Positions 45,406-56,298 are shown, counted from the stretch's first letter. The stretch: DNA of 64,000 nucleotides from Sphingobacteriales bacterium (GCA_003963365.1 RXJG01000004.1:691842-755841), one strand, 5' to 3'. Translations and numbers: made by a program. Notes: generated by a model not told the origin, from the sequence alone.

Positions 45406-45897
45406 ATGACCAAACAATATTTCATAGAATTAGCGGATTATAATATCTGGGCCAATAATATACAATGCGATTGGTTAGAGCAGCTGAGTGATGAACAGTG
45501 GAAGCAACATATCATAAGCAGTTTTAACAGCATACAGGAGACAGTATTGCATATTATTGCTGCTGAAAATATCTGGTTGCAGCGTTTGGAAAAACAAGAA
45601 CAAACAGTTTGGCTGCAAAGTTCATATGCTGGAACTAAAGCTGAGCATATTGCTTTATGGAAAAGTTTATCGCAAAAGCTAAAAGATTATGTGATTGATA
45701 TGGATGAAAAAACCCTGAAGGAAAATCTTGATTTTAAAAGATTGAATGGTGATGCTTATTCAATGCCGCATTACCAGGTGCTGGCACATATTTTCAATCA
45801 TTCCACTTATCATCGTGGACAATTGATAACTATGTTGAGACAGGCAGGATTTACATCTGTTGGTTCAACAGATATGCTTGGTTATTTCAGAAAATAA
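45406..45897 (+). CDS. DinB-family (DinB_2-like) metal-binding four-helix protein
   Basis: 163 aa with the terminal motif HIFNHSTYHRGQL. Confidence 0.75.
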   Translation: MTKQYFIELADYNIWANNIQCDWLEQLSDEQWKQHIISSFNSIQETVLHIIAAENIWLQRLEKQEQTVWLQSSYAGTKAEHIALWKSLSQKLKDYVIDMDEKTLKENLDFKRLNGDAYSMPHYQVLAHIFNHSTYHRGQLITMLRQAGFTSVGSTDMLGYFRK

Positions 45898-45941
45898 TAA
45901 TGTGAAAGGAGAGTTTGTTTGGTCAATGAAAAAACTTTTTT

Positions 45942-47690
45942 ATGGAAACATTAGAATTAAAAAAACAAAAAACTGAAGAGGTGAAATCCAAATCCATCAG
46001 TGGAAGTGCAGCAGTGCTGGAAGCTTTTTTAGCAGAAGGAGTTGATACCATCTTTGGTTATCCCGGTGGTGCTATTATGCCTATCTATGATGCATTGTAC
46101 GATTACAATGATCGGTTGAAACATATACTGGTTCGTCATGAGCAAGGTGCGATACATGCAGCACAGGGTTATGCAAGAGCCAGTGGTAAAACAGGTGTAG
46201 TGTTTGCCACCAGCGGACCAGCCGCTACTAACCTTGTTACTGGTTTAGCAGATGCAATGATCGACAGTACTCCGGTTGTATGTGTAACAGGACAGGTGTT
46301 TGCTCATTTACTCGGTACCGATGCTTTCCAGGAAACAGATGTAATCAATATCACTACTCCTATCACCAAATGGAATTACCAGGTTACGGATGCAAAAGAA
46401 ATTCCATCAGTGTTGGCAAAAGCATTTCATATTGCCGGCACCGGAAGGCCAGGACCTGTGCTGATTGATATAACTAAAAATGCACAATTGCAGATGATTG
46501 AATATAGTGGTTATGAAAAATGTACTCATATCCGCAGCTATCGTCCCAAGCCAATTGTACGTAAAGAATATATTGAAGAAGCAGCTAAGCTCATCAACGA
46601 GGCAAAGAAACCATTTGTGATTTTTGGACAGGGAGTTATTCTTGGTAAAGCTGAAAAAGAGTTTATCAAATTCATTGAGAAAGGAGGATTACCTGCGGCA
46701 TGGACTATCATGGGCATGAGTGCTATTCCTACCAATCATCCATTAGCAGTTGGTATGTTGGGTATGCATGGTAATTATGGACCAAACTTACTGACGAATG
46801 AATGTGATGTATTGATTGCAGTGGGTATGCGTTTCGATGACCGGGTAACTGGTCGTTTAGATAAATATGCAAAGCAGGCGAAAGTGATTCATTTGGATAT
46901 TGATCCTGCTGAAATCGATAAGAATGTAAAAGCAACAGTTGGTGTATGGGGAGATTGTAAAGAAACATTGCCCTTACTCACCGAGTTGATTCAACAAAAA
47001 GTTTATCCTCAGTGGTTGAAACAATTTAAAGATTGTACCACAAAAGAAGAAGATAAAGTAATTAAAGATGAACTGAACCCAACGGGTGATACACTTACCA
47101 TGGGTGAAGTAATCAATACACTTAACGGGTTAACCGGCGGTGATGCAATTGTGGTAACCGATGTTGGTCAGCATCAGATGGTGGCTTGCCGTTATGCACA
47201 CATGAATCAATCAAAAAGTAATATCACCAGTGGCGGATTGGGTACAATGGGTTTTGCATTGCCGGCTGCTATCGGTGCTAAATATGGTGCGCCGGATAGA
47301 ACAGTAGTAGCAATAATTGGTGATGGTGGTGTGCAGATGACGATACAGGAGTTGGGAACGATTATGCAATTCAAACCTGATGTAAAGATTTTAATTCTTA
47401 ATAACAGTTTTCTTGGAATGGTGCGTCAGTGGCAGGAGTTGTTTCATCAGAACCGCTATTCATTTGTTGATATCACCAGTCCTGATTTTGTACAGGTGGC
47501 TAAAGGATATTATATCGATGGACAAAGTATAAATGAAAGAAGTAAACTAAAAGGTGCTTTGCAAACTATGCTTAACCATAAGGGGAGTTATTTGCTGGAA
47601 GTAAAAGTGGGTAAAGAAAATAATGTATTCCCAATGGTGCCACAGGGAAGGGGAGTAGCTGAAATTGTTTTAGGTAAAGATGAATTGTAA
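45942..47690 (+). CDS. ilvB: acetolactate synthase large subunit
   Basis: ThDP enzyme with the GDGG(V/F)QM motif IGDGGVQMT. Confidence 0.95.
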   Translation: METLELKKQKTEEVKSKSISGSAAVLEAFLAEGVDTIFGYPGGAIMPIYDALYDYNDRLKHILVRHEQGAIHAAQGYARASGKTGVVFATSGPAATNLVTGLADAMIDSTPVVCVTGQVFAHLLGTDAFQETDVINITTPITKWNYQVTDAKEIPSVLAKAFHIAGTGRPGPVLIDITKNAQLQMIEYSGYEKCTHIRSYRPKPIVRKEYIEEAAKLINEAKKPFVIFGQGVILGKAEKEFIKFIEKGGLPAAWTIMGMSAIPTNHPLAVGMLGMHGNYGPNLLTNECDVLIAVGMRFDDRVTGRLDKYAKQAKVIHLDIDPAEIDKNVKATVGVWGDCKETLPLLTELIQQKVYPQWLKQFKDCTTKEEDKVIKDELNPTGDTLTMGEVINTLNGLTGGDAIVVTDVGQHQMVACRYAHMNQSKSNITSGGLGTMGFALPAAIGAKYGAPDRTVVAIIGDGGVQMTIQELGTIMQFKPDVKILILNNSFLGMVRQWQELFHQNRYSFVDITSPDFVQVAKGYYIDGQSINERSKLKGALQTMLNHKGSYLLEVKVGKENNVFPMVPQGRGVAEIVLGKDEL

Positions 47691-47695
47691 TAGTT

Positions 47696-47986
47696 GTGAT
47701 TACAGAAATAGCTCTTTTAAATATAATACCGGGAAAAGCTCAGGACTTTGAAAAAGCTTTTGGTAAGGCACAGGAAATAATTTCTTCCATGAAGGGATAT
47801 ATCAAACATGAACTTCAAAAATGTATGGAAGATGAAAACAAATACCTGTTGCTCATTAGATGGGAAACAATCGGGGACCATACAGAAGGTTTTAGAAAAC
47901 ATGAGCGGTATAATGAATGGAAAAATTTGTTACATCATTTTTATCACCCTTTCCCGGTGGTAGAACATTATAAAACGATTTATTAA
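47696..47986 (+). CDS. ABM (antibiotic-biosynthesis-monooxygenase-like) ferredoxin-fold protein
   Basis: GTG start, 96 aa. It lies between ilvB and ilvN with spacers of 5 and 11 nt. Confidence 0.65.
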   Translation: MITEIALLNIIPGKAQDFEKAFGKAQEIISSMKGYIKHELQKCMEDENKYLLLIRWETIGDHTEGFRKHERYNEWKNLLHHFYHPFPVVEHYKTIY

Positions 47987-47997
47987 AAATTACAGAT

Positions 47998-48588
47998 ATG
48001 CAAAAGCAGGAGTTCACCATAACGGTATACACCGAAAACCAGGTTGGTTTGCTGAACCGTATTGCGATTATCTTTTCCAGAAGAAAGATTAACATCGAAA
48101 GTTTAAATACATCACCATCTGAAGTGGATAGTGTGCACCGCTTTACCATTGTTATTAATGAATATGAAGAAGTGGTACGCAAACTTTGCCGCCAGATAGA
48201 AAAGCAGGTGGATGTTTTAAAAGCTTATTACAACACCAACGATGAAATCGTTTGGCAGGAACTGGCTATGTACAAAGTTCCAACAGATGTAATTGCTGAA
48301 GAAGTAAAAGTAGAACGTTTATTAAGTCAGCATGGAGCAAAGGCTGTAGTAATTCGTAAGGACTATACTGTATTTGAAGTGAGCGGTCACCGGGAAGAAA
48401 CGGATAAATTGATTGAAGTATTAGAACCATACGGGTTGATTGAATTTGTAAGAAGTGCCAGGGTGGCCATCATTAAAAAGAGCGATGGTTTTCACAGTAA
48501 GCTCAAAGAGTTTGAATACAAAGAACCCGGTGAACATGCGGTGGAGAATGAGTTTTTAGATAAGAACCAGGAAGTATTCTCAATGTAA
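47998..48588 (+). CDS. ilvN: acetolactate synthase small (regulatory) subunit
   Basis: ACT domain TVYTENQVGLLNRIAIIFSRRKINIESL. Confidence 0.9.
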   Translation: MQKQEFTITVYTENQVGLLNRIAIIFSRRKINIESLNTSPSEVDSVHRFTIVINEYEEVVRKLCRQIEKQVDVLKAYYNTNDEIVWQELAMYKVPTDVIAEEVKVERLLSQHGAKAVVIRKDYTVFEVSGHREETDKLIEVLEPYGLIEFVRSARVAIIKKSDGFHSKLKEFEYKEPGEHAVENEFLDKNQEVFSM

Positions 48589-48597
48589 TAATTATGT

Positions 48598-48625
48598 TGA
48601 ATGCTAAATGCTATATGCTGAATGA
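48598..48625 (+). repeat. heptad array TGAATGC TAAATGC TATATGC TGAATGA
   Basis: Four 7-nt units starting 10 nt after the ilvN stop. Confidence 0.8.
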
Positions 48626-48688
48626 AAGCAATAATATTTACCAATTCAATATTCAAAAATTAACATACAACATAAAACCAAAAGAAAA

Positions 48689-49759
48689 ATGGCAAAATTA
48701 AATTTCGGTGGTGTGGAAGAAAATGTAGTAACCCGTGATGAGTTTCCACTCGCCAAAGCACAAGATGTATTAAAGAATGAGACCATTGCTGTAATTGGAT
48801 ACGGCGTACAGGGTCCCGGACAAGCATTGAACCAGCGAGATAATGGTATCAATGTAATTGTTGGTCAGCGTAAAAATTCCAAAACATGGGATAAAGCTGT
48901 TCGTGATGGTTTTGTACCCGGTGAAACATTGTTTGAAATAGAAGAAGCATTACAACGTGGTACCATTATTTGCTATTTGCTGAGTGATGCGGCACAAATT
49001 GCTTTGTGGCCAACTGTAAAGAAACATTTAACTCCCGGCAAAGCTTTATACTTTTCTCATGGCTTTGGTATTACGTTCAATGAACAAACCGGAATTATTC
49101 CTCCTGCTGATGTGGATGTATTCTTAGTTGCTCCTAAAGGTTCCGGAACATCTTTACGCAGAATGTTTTTACAGGGTCGTGGCTTAAATAGTTCTTATGC
49201 TATTTTCCAGGATGCAACCGGCAAGGCAAAAGACCGTGTTATTGCATTGGGTATTGCCGTAGGAAGCGGTTATTTGTTTGAAACAAATTTCAAAAAAGAA
49301 GTATACAGTGATTTAACCGGTGAAAGAGGTACACTGATGGGTGCTATCCAGGGAATCTTTGCTGCGCAGTACCAGGTATTACGTGAAAGAGGTCATTCTC
49401 CTTCTGAAGCTTTCAACGAAACAGTAGAAGAATTAACACAATCGTTGATGCCGTTGGTTGCAGAGAATGGTATGGACTGGATGTATGCTAACTGTTCTAC
49501 CACTGCACAACGTGGCGCCCTTGACTGGTGGAAAAAATTCCGTGATGCAACAGCTCCGGTGTTTAATGAACTGTATGACAGCGTAGCAACCGGCAAAGAA
49601 TCTCAACGTTCAATTGACAGCAACTCACAGCCTGATTACCGTGAGAAATTAGACGCTGAATTAGCAGAATTGAGAGACAGTGAAATGTGGCAGGCTGGTA
49701 AAACTGTTCGTTCGCTGCGTCCGGAAAATCAGCCAGCAAAGGCAGTAGAAACTGTGTAA
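48689..49759 (+). CDS. ilvC: ketol-acid reductoisomerase
   Basis: GYGVQGPGQALN Rossmann motif and class I length. Confidence 0.95.
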   Translation: MAKLNFGGVEENVVTRDEFPLAKAQDVLKNETIAVIGYGVQGPGQALNQRDNGINVIVGQRKNSKTWDKAVRDGFVPGETLFEIEEALQRGTIICYLLSDAAQIALWPTVKKHLTPGKALYFSHGFGITFNEQTGIIPPADVDVFLVAPKGSGTSLRRMFLQGRGLNSSYAIFQDATGKAKDRVIALGIAVGSGYLFETNFKKEVYSDLTGERGTLMGAIQGIFAAQYQVLRERGHSPSEAFNETVEELTQSLMPLVAENGMDWMYANCSTTAQRGALDWWKKFRDATAPVFNELYDSVATGKESQRSIDSNSQPDYREKLDAELAELRDSEMWQAGKTVRSLRPENQPAKAVETV

Positions 49760-49769
49760 AATAATTTCT

Positions 49770-49818
49770 GGCAAAAACACAAAGAAGAATTGAAAGCCTT
49801 TGTGTTTTTGCCTTTGCA
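49770..49818 (+). terminator. strong intrinsic terminator of the ilv operon
   Basis: Perfect 15-bp stem GGCAAAAACACAAAG/CTTTGTGTTTTTGCC followed by TTTG. Confidence 0.85.
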
Positions 49819-49988
49819 TAAGCAGAGAATGACACAACGAACACTTGTTGTTTGTGTGAAAAATTGTTGAATACAATAGAGATAATTCGCCTGATATTTC
49901 GTAATTTTATGCGTTGCTTGCTTAAATCCAATGATTCTGTTTAAAAACTACTGCTATTTTTTGAAATTTTTCTAAAATAAACTTATAA

Positions 49989-52900
49989 ATGACAAGCAAC
50001 AGAGGTTTGTACGATTCTTCCTTCGAGCATGATGCATGTGGTATTGGTTTTGTAGCCAGCATCAAAGGTTCAAAATCCCATCAGCATATCAGTGATGCAT
50101 TGACTGTGTTGGAAAGTATGGAACATCGTGGTGCATGTGGTTGTGAGAACAACACAGGTGATGGCGCCGGAATTATGATACAGGTGCCGCATGAATTCTT
50201 TTTTGAAGAATGTCTGAAGCTGGGAGTGCATCTTCCTTCTTTTGGTAAGTACGGTGTGGGTGTTATGTTCTTTCCCAAAGAAATTAAACTGAGGGAGGAA
50301 TGCCGTGATATTTTCAATCGCACTGCTGAGAAATTGGGAATGGAAGTTTTGGTTTACAGAAAAGTTCCGGTAAATCCGGAAGGAATCGGGCCCACTGCTT
50401 TAAGTGTGGAACCCGAAATGGAACAGGTATTCATTGCTTGTCCTGACCATATTGCAAATCCTGATGAATTTGAAAGAAAATTATTTGTGTTGCGTAATCA
50501 TGCATCACATTTGATTAATAATACTGTAAAAAAAGATGCAATTGGTTTTTACATTGCGTCACTTTCTTACAAAACGATTGTTTACAAAGGACAATTAACG
50601 AGCGGCCAGGTTCGTAATTATTTCCCTGATTTAAAAAACAAAAGAGTGGTGAGTGCATTTGGTTTGGTGCATTCACGTTTTGCTACTAATACATTTCCTT
50701 CCTGGAAGTTGGCGCAACCGTTCCGCTTTATTGCACACAATGGTGAAATCAATACACTACAGGGTAACCTCAACTGGTTAAAGTCAAGTGAACATGGTTT
50801 TACTTCTCCTTTCTTTACAAAGGAAGAAATGGAGATGTTGCTACCGATTGTTACAGGCGGTCAGTCAGACTCGGCTTGTTTGGATAACATGATTGAGTTA
50901 CTGACGATGACAGGAAGAAGTTTACCACATGTAATGATGATGCTGATCCCTGAAGCATGGGATGGTAACGACCAGATGGACCCGGTTAAAAAAGCGTTTT
51001 ATGAATATCATGCTTCTTTAATGGAACCCTGGGATGGTCCTGCTTCTATTTCATTTACCGATGGAAAGATTATTGGAGCTACGTTAGATAGAAATGGTCT
51101 TCGTCCTTCAAGATATTGCATAACCAATGATGACCGTGTAATTATGGGTAGTGAAAGCGGCGTGTTGCCAATTGACCCGGCTACTGTCATTAAGAAAGGA
51201 AGATTACACCCGGGAAAAATGTTTGTGGTGGATATGGAACAGGGAAGAATCATCAGCGATGATGAACTGAAACAAACAATCTGTTCTCAAAAACCATATG
51301 GCGACTGGTTAAATCAAAATAAGATTCGTTTAGAAGAACTGCCAGAACCAAGAGTTGCTTTTACTCATTTAAGTGATGAAAGCATTCATAAATATCAAAA
51401 AGCATTTGGTTATACTACGGAAGACATTGAGACTATCATCAGGCCAATGGCTATTGAGGGTAAAGAACCAATTGGTTCAATGGGTACTGATACTCCGTTG
51501 GCAGTATTAAGTGACCAGCCGCAACATCTTTCTTCTTATTTCAAACAATTATTTGCACAGGTAACTAATCCGCCTATTGACCCCATTCGTGAAAGAATGG
51601 TGATGAGTTTGGCAGCATTTGCCGGTAACAATGGCAACCTGCTGGAAGAAGACCCAATGCACTGTCATACCGTAGCATTAAAACAACCTATTCTTACTTC
51701 CACAGAATTGGAAAAGATAAGAAGTATTGATACTGGTAAATTCCAGGCAAAAACATTACAAACATATTTCCGTGCGGACGGTAAGCCTGATTCGTTGCGT
51801 AAGGGGTTAGACCGCTTATGCCGTTATGCTGAAGATGCAGTGCATGATGGATTTGAAGTATTAATTCTTTGTGACAGGGCTGTTGATAGTGATCATGCTA
51901 CTATTCCTTCGTTACTGGCAGTATCTGCAGTACACCACCATCTTATCCGTAAAGGATTGCGTGGGGAAGTAGGTATTGTAGTGGAAGCAGGTGATGTATG
52001 GGAAGTACACCATTTCGCCTGTTTGATTGCTTTTGGTGCTACTGCAATCAATCCATATTTAGCATTGGCTACCATTCGTAACTTAAAAGCAAACGGAAAA
52101 TTAGAAACCGATTTGGAATGGGAAGTGTTGCGTAAGAATTATATTAAAGCTGTTTGTGATGGATTATTGAAAGTATTTTCTAAAATGGGAATCTCTACCC
52201 TGCAATCTTACCAGGGTGCACAGATATTTGAGATATTAGGTTTGAACCAGGAAGTAGTTGATAAATACTTTACCGGTGCCACCAGTCGAATACAGGGTAT
52301 CGGGTTGGATGAGATTGCGAAAGAGGCATTAGCCAAACATTGGTTTGCATTCAGCCGTAAAGATATTCCCGTTGACCGGCTACCGGTAGGTGGTGTTTAC
52401 CAATGGAAACGTAAAGGTGAGTTTCATTTATTTAACCCAACTACTATTCATTTGTTGCAGTATTCAACTAAAATGAATGATTATGCAACATTCAAAAAAT
52501 ATTCAAAGCATGTAAATGATCAGAGTGAGAAAGCGGCTACGTTAAGAAGTTTATTTGAATTCAAACGCAACCGTCCTTCCATTGCAATTGAAGAAGTGGA
52601 AGCTGCAGAAAATATTTATAAACGTTTTGCATCAGGAGCAATGAGCTTTGGTTCTATCTCCTGGGAAGCACATACTACACTGGCTATTGCGATGAATCGC
52701 TTAGGCGGTAAGAGTAATACTGGTGAAGGTGGTGAAGATGAAAGAAGATATACAAAGTTGGAGAATGGTGATAGTATGCGTTCAGCTATTAAACAAGTAG
52801 CGAGTGCAAGATTTGGTGTTACCAGTTTGTATTTAACGGAAGCAGATGAATTACAAATTAAAATGGCACAGGGTGCTAAACCAGGTGAAGGTGGACAATT

Positions 52901-54506
52901 ACCGGGACATAAAGTGGATGAATGGATTGGTAAAACAAGACACTCTACTCCGGGAGTTGGATTAATTTCTCCACCGCCACACCACGATATTTATTCTATT
53001 GAAGATTTAGCACAATTGATTTTTGATTTAAAGAATGCAAACCGTGCAGCAAGAATCAATGTAAAGCTGGTAAGTAAAGCTGGTGTAGGTACTATTGCCG
53101 CCGGTGTTACCAAAGCAAAAGCAGATGTAGTGTTGATTAGCGGACATGATGGTGGTACAGGTGCTTCACCTATATCATCTATCAAACATGCTGGATTGCC
53201 CTGGGAATTGGGGTTAGCCGAAACACATCAGACATTAGTAAAAAATAAGTTACGCAGTCGTGTAGTAGTGCAGGCAGATGGACAGATGAAGACGGGTCGT
53301 GATATTGCTATCGCCGCATTACTTGGTGCGGAAGAATGGGGGGTAGCTACAGCAGCATTGGTTGTTGAGGGTTGTATTATGATGCGTAAATGTCATTTGA
53401 ATACTTGCCCCGTTGGTGTGGCCACGCAAGACCCTGAGTTGCGTAAACGCTTTACCGGTAATGCAGACCATGTGGTGAACTTCTTCAAATTCTTAGTGCA
53501 GGAATTAAGAGAGATAATGGCTGAATTAGGATTTAAGACAGTGAATGAAATGATTGGCCAGGTGGATTGTTTACAGATTAGAGAGAATATCAATCACTGG
53601 AAGTTCAGCAAATTGGATTTATCTCCAATATTGTACAAGGAACCAGCTTCAATCTACACACCATTACATTGTGCAGAAGAACAAGACCATGGTTTGGCAG
53701 ATGTACTTGACTGGAAATTATTGGAAGCGGCCAAACCTGCTTTGGAGAAAAAAGAAAAAGTAAGAGCAGAATTTACAATTAAGAATACCGACAGAACTGC
53801 GGGAACAATTCTCTCCAACGAAATAACAAAAATATACCGTGCTGAAGGATTGCCGGACGATACCATTCATTTCAAGTACCGGGGAACTGCCGGACAAAGT
53901 TTTGCTGCATTTAACACAAAAGGTATTACACACGAATTAGAAGGTGATGCCAATGATTATTTTGGTAAAGGATTGAGTGGTGCCAGATTGATTGTTTATC
54001 CTGATAGAAATTCAACATTCACTCCTGAAGAAAATATCATTATAGGTAATGTTGCCTTTTATGGAGCAACCAGTGGTGAAGCTTTTATTCGTGGTAAGGC
54101 TGGTGAACGGTTTGCTGTTCGTAATTCAGGTGCAAGAGTGGTGGTGGAAAGTGTGGGCGACCATGGGTGTGAATATATGACGGGTGGTTTAGCAGTTATT
54201 CTTGGCGAAACCGGAAGAAACTTTGCTGCCGGTATGAGCGGTGGTATTGCTTATGTGTATGATGTTAAAGGGAAATTTGCTAAGAACTGCAACACAGAAA
54301 TGGTTGACCTGGATACAGTAGGGGATGAGGATATAGATGAATTGAGAGAAATGATTCAGAAACATTTTAGTTATACCAATAGTACCGTGGCTAAGTTTAT
54401 TTTGAATGATCTTGAAAATCAGTTAAAGAACTTCGTCAAAGTATTCCCGAGAGATTTTAAGAAGGTGCTGAAAGAAAGAAAAGCCAAAGTTGCCGTGGAG
54501 AAATAA
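49989..54506 (+). CDS. gltB: glutamate synthase large subunit
   Basis: 1505 aa with an Ntn Cys in HDACGIGFVA, plus the FMN and GXGXG domains. Confidence 0.97.
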   Translation: MTSNRGLYDSSFEHDACGIGFVASIKGSKSHQHISDALTVLESMEHRGACGCENNTGDGAGIMIQVPHEFFFEECLKLGVHLPSFGKYGVGVMFFPKEIKLREECRDIFNRTAEKLGMEVLVYRKVPVNPEGIGPTALSVEPEMEQVFIACPDHIANPDEFERKLFVLRNHASHLINNTVKKDAIGFYIASLSYKTIVYKGQLTSGQVRNYFPDLKNKRVVSAFGLVHSRFATNTFPSWKLAQPFRFIAHNGEINTLQGNLNWLKSSEHGFTSPFFTKEEMEMLLPIVTGGQSDSACLDNMIELLTMTGRSLPHVMMMLIPEAWDGNDQMDPVKKAFYEYHASLMEPWDGPASISFTDGKIIGATLDRNGLRPSRYCITNDDRVIMGSESGVLPIDPATVIKKGRLHPGKMFVVDMEQGRIISDDELKQTICSQKPYGDWLNQNKIRLEELPEPRVAFTHLSDESIHKYQKAFGYTTEDIETIIRPMAIEGKEPIGSMGTDTPLAVLSDQPQHLSSYFKQLFAQVTNPPIDPIRERMVMSLAAFAGNNGNLLEEDPMHCHTVALKQPILTSTELEKIRSIDTGKFQAKTLQTYFRADGKPDSLRKGLDRLCRYAEDAVHDGFEVLILCDRAVDSDHATIPSLLAVSAVHHHLIRKGLRGEVGIVVEAGDVWEVHHFACLIAFGATAINPYLALATIRNLKANGKLETDLEWEVLRKNYIKAVCDGLLKVFSKMGISTLQSYQGAQIFEILGLNQEVVDKYFTGATSRIQGIGLDEIAKEALAKHWFAFSRKDIPVDRLPVGGVYQWKRKGEFHLFNPTTIHLLQYSTKMNDYATFKKYSKHVNDQSEKAATLRSLFEFKRNRPSIAIEEVEAAENIYKRFASGAMSFGSISWEAHTTLAIAMNRLGGKSNTGEGGEDERRYTKLENGDSMRSAIKQVASARFGVTSLYLTEADELQIKMAQGAKPGEGGQLPGHKVDEWIGKTRHSTPGVGLISPPPHHDIYSIEDLAQLIFDLKNANRAARINVKLVSKAGVGTIAAGVTKAKADVVLISGHDGGTGASPISSIKHAGLPWELGLAETHQTLVKNKLRSRVVVQADGQMKTGRDIAIAALLGAEEWGVATAALVVEGCIMMRKCHLNTCPVGVATQDPELRKRFTGNADHVVNFFKFLVQELREIMAELGFKTVNEMIGQVDCLQIRENINHWKFSKLDLSPILYKEPASIYTPLHCAEEQDHGLADVLDWKLLEAAKPALEKKEKVRAEFTIKNTDRTAGTILSNEITKIYRAEGLPDDTIHFKYRGTAGQSFAAFNTKGITHELEGDANDYFGKGLSGARLIVYPDRNSTFTPEENIIIGNVAFYGATSGEAFIRGKAGERFAVRNSGARVVVESVGDHGCEYMTGGLAVILGETGRNFAAGMSGGIAYVYDVKGKFAKNCNTEMVDLDTVGDEDIDELREMIQKHFSYTNSTVAKFILNDLENQLKNFVKVFPRDFKKVLKERKAKVAVEK

Positions 54507-54617
54507 GTGTGCAGTCGCCGGTTGGCAGTTTGCAATGCTATTTACAATTTTATTATGAAATGCCAACTGATAACAGGGAACTGCAAACTTACCAGCTGAA
54601 TAGCGGGCCAGGCGCAC

Positions 54618-54680
54618 AAGAGTGCGACGCAACAAAAGATAAATAGTAAATAAAAAGTTTAGTACAAAAAATATAAGTAA
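54618..54680 (+). repeat. intercistronic module, copy C (precedes gltD; more diverged)
   Basis: GAGTGCGACGCAACAAAAGATAAATAGTAAAT compares with copy B GTGAGTGACACAACAAAAGTCAAATAGTAATT. Confidence 0.5.
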
Positions 54681-56183
54681 ATGGGTAAGCCAACTGGTTT
54701 TTTAGAATTTACAAGAGAATTGCCTTCCAAAAGAAAAGTGCAGGAGCGGGTGGGTGATTACAAAGAATTTGTTGAAAAATTTCCGGAAGAGAAATTAAAT
54801 CAGCAAGCTTCCCGTTGCATGAACTGCGGTATTCCATTCTGCCATAGCGGCTGTCCTTTGGGTAATGTGATTCCTGAATTTAATGATGCAGTTTATCGTA
54901 AGAATTGGAAGGAAGCATACGAAATACTTTCCTCTACCAATAATTTCCCTGAGTTTACTGGCCGCATTTGTCCCGCACCCTGCGAAAGTGCTTGTGTATT
55001 GGGGATAAATCAACCACCAGTTGCTATTGAGGAAATCGAAAAACATATTATTGAAATAGCTTTTGAAAAAGGATTTGTAAAACCACGCAAACCCAATGTT
55101 CGCAGCGGAAGAAAAGTGGCGGTTGTTGGTTCCGGACCTGCCGGGTTAGCGGCGGCGGCTCAATTAAATTATGCTGGTCATGCGGTAACTGTTTTTGAAA
55201 GAGATGATGCACCCGGAGGATTGTTGCGTTACGGTATTCCTGATTTTAAATTAGAGAAATGGATAATTGACAGGAGGATAAAGGTGATGGAAGAAGAAGG
55301 CGTCGTATTCAAATGTCATAGCAATGTGGGTGTGAATGTTAGTGTGAACGATTTATTAAGAGAATATCATGCTATTGTTTTAACCGGCGGGTCTACTGTT
55401 CCCCGTGATTTACCAATACCGGGAAGAGAGTTGAAAGGAGTTTATTTTGCTATGCAGTTTTTAAAGCAGCAAAATAAAAGGGTAGGCAGTAAGGATCCTT
55501 TGGCTAATGCCACTATAGAAAGTAATATTTTCAGTGAAGATATTTTGGCGAATAATAAAAATGTAGTGGTGATTGGTGGTGGTGACACTGGTAGTGATTG
55601 TGTGGGAACATCCAACCGTCACGGAGCCAAATCTGTAACACAGTTTGAGTTATTGCCCAAACCGCCGGAATCAAGAACGGAATTTATGCCATGGCCTACT
55701 TATCCAATGACATTAAAAACTTCTTCTTCACATGAGGAGGGAGCTGATAGAAAATGGGCTATTGCTACAAAAGAATTTGTGGGTGATGGAAATGGCAACC
55801 TGAGAGCCTTAAAAATTGTTGACCTGGAATGGAAGTTTACAGAGGATGGCAAGCCGGCACAGTTTGTAGAAAGAGAAGGAAGCGAAAGAGAAATTCCCTG
55901 TGAGTTAGCTTTGCTGGCAATGGGTTTTGTTCACCCCCAACACAAGGGGTTGATTGATGAACTGGGAGTAGAGAAAGATGAAAGGGGCAATGTAAAAGCA
56001 ACAGAAAAAGATTATCATACCAACATCAATAAAGTCTTTACGGCTGGTGATATGAGGCGTGGTCAAAGCCTGGTAGTATGGGCAATAAGTGAGGGGAGAG
56101 AGTGTGCCCGTAAAGTAGATGAGTTTTTAATGGGCACCTCACTATTGGAAAGCAGGGACCAGAATTTAGTGCTGGCTGTATAA
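54681..56183 (+). CDS. gltD: glutamate synthase small subunit (NADPH)
   Basis: Fe-S Cys clusters (CMNCGIPFCH, CPAPCE) and the dinucleotide motif VAVVGSGPAGLAAA. Confidence 0.95.
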   Translation: MGKPTGFLEFTRELPSKRKVQERVGDYKEFVEKFPEEKLNQQASRCMNCGIPFCHSGCPLGNVIPEFNDAVYRKNWKEAYEILSSTNNFPEFTGRICPAPCESACVLGINQPPVAIEEIEKHIIEIAFEKGFVKPRKPNVRSGRKVAVVGSGPAGLAAAAQLNYAGHAVTVFERDDAPGGLLRYGIPDFKLEKWIIDRRIKVMEEEGVVFKCHSNVGVNVSVNDLLREYHAIVLTGGSTVPRDLPIPGRELKGVYFAMQFLKQQNKRVGSKDPLANATIESNIFSEDILANNKNVVVIGGGDTGSDCVGTSNRHGAKSVTQFELLPKPPESRTEFMPWPTYPMTLKTSSSHEEGADRKWAIATKEFVGDGNGNLRALKIVDLEWKFTEDGKPAQFVEREGSEREIPCELALLAMGFVHPQHKGLIDELGVEKDERGNVKATEKDYHTNINKVFTAGDMRRGQSLVVWAISEGRECARKVDEFLMGTSLLESRDQNLVLAV

Positions 56184-56205
56184 AATTGAAATTTTCTAAA
56201 AACTA

Positions 56206-56240
56206 AAGCCACCCCTTCCAATGGGATGGCTTTTTTATTT
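56206..56240 (+). terminator. intrinsic terminator after gltD
   Basis: Stem AAGCCACCCC/GGGATGGCTT with one mismatch, followed by T6ATTTTT. Confidence 0.7.
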
Positions 56241-56298
56241 TTCGTCTGAAAGCCAATACTGTATGACGTTTCAGAAGAATGATCCACTAACAATCATT

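Noticed and set aside
54507-54617. The gltB-gltD spacer contains inverted repeats (GTTGGCA/TGCCAAC and AGTTTGCA/TGCAAACT) and was considered as a terminator or riboswitch.
   Set aside because: The stems are only 7-8 bp, with large loops and no U-tract. The two gltBD subunit genes are expected to be co-transcribed. The spacer probably belongs to the same loose class of periodic spacers but is too irregular to call separately.
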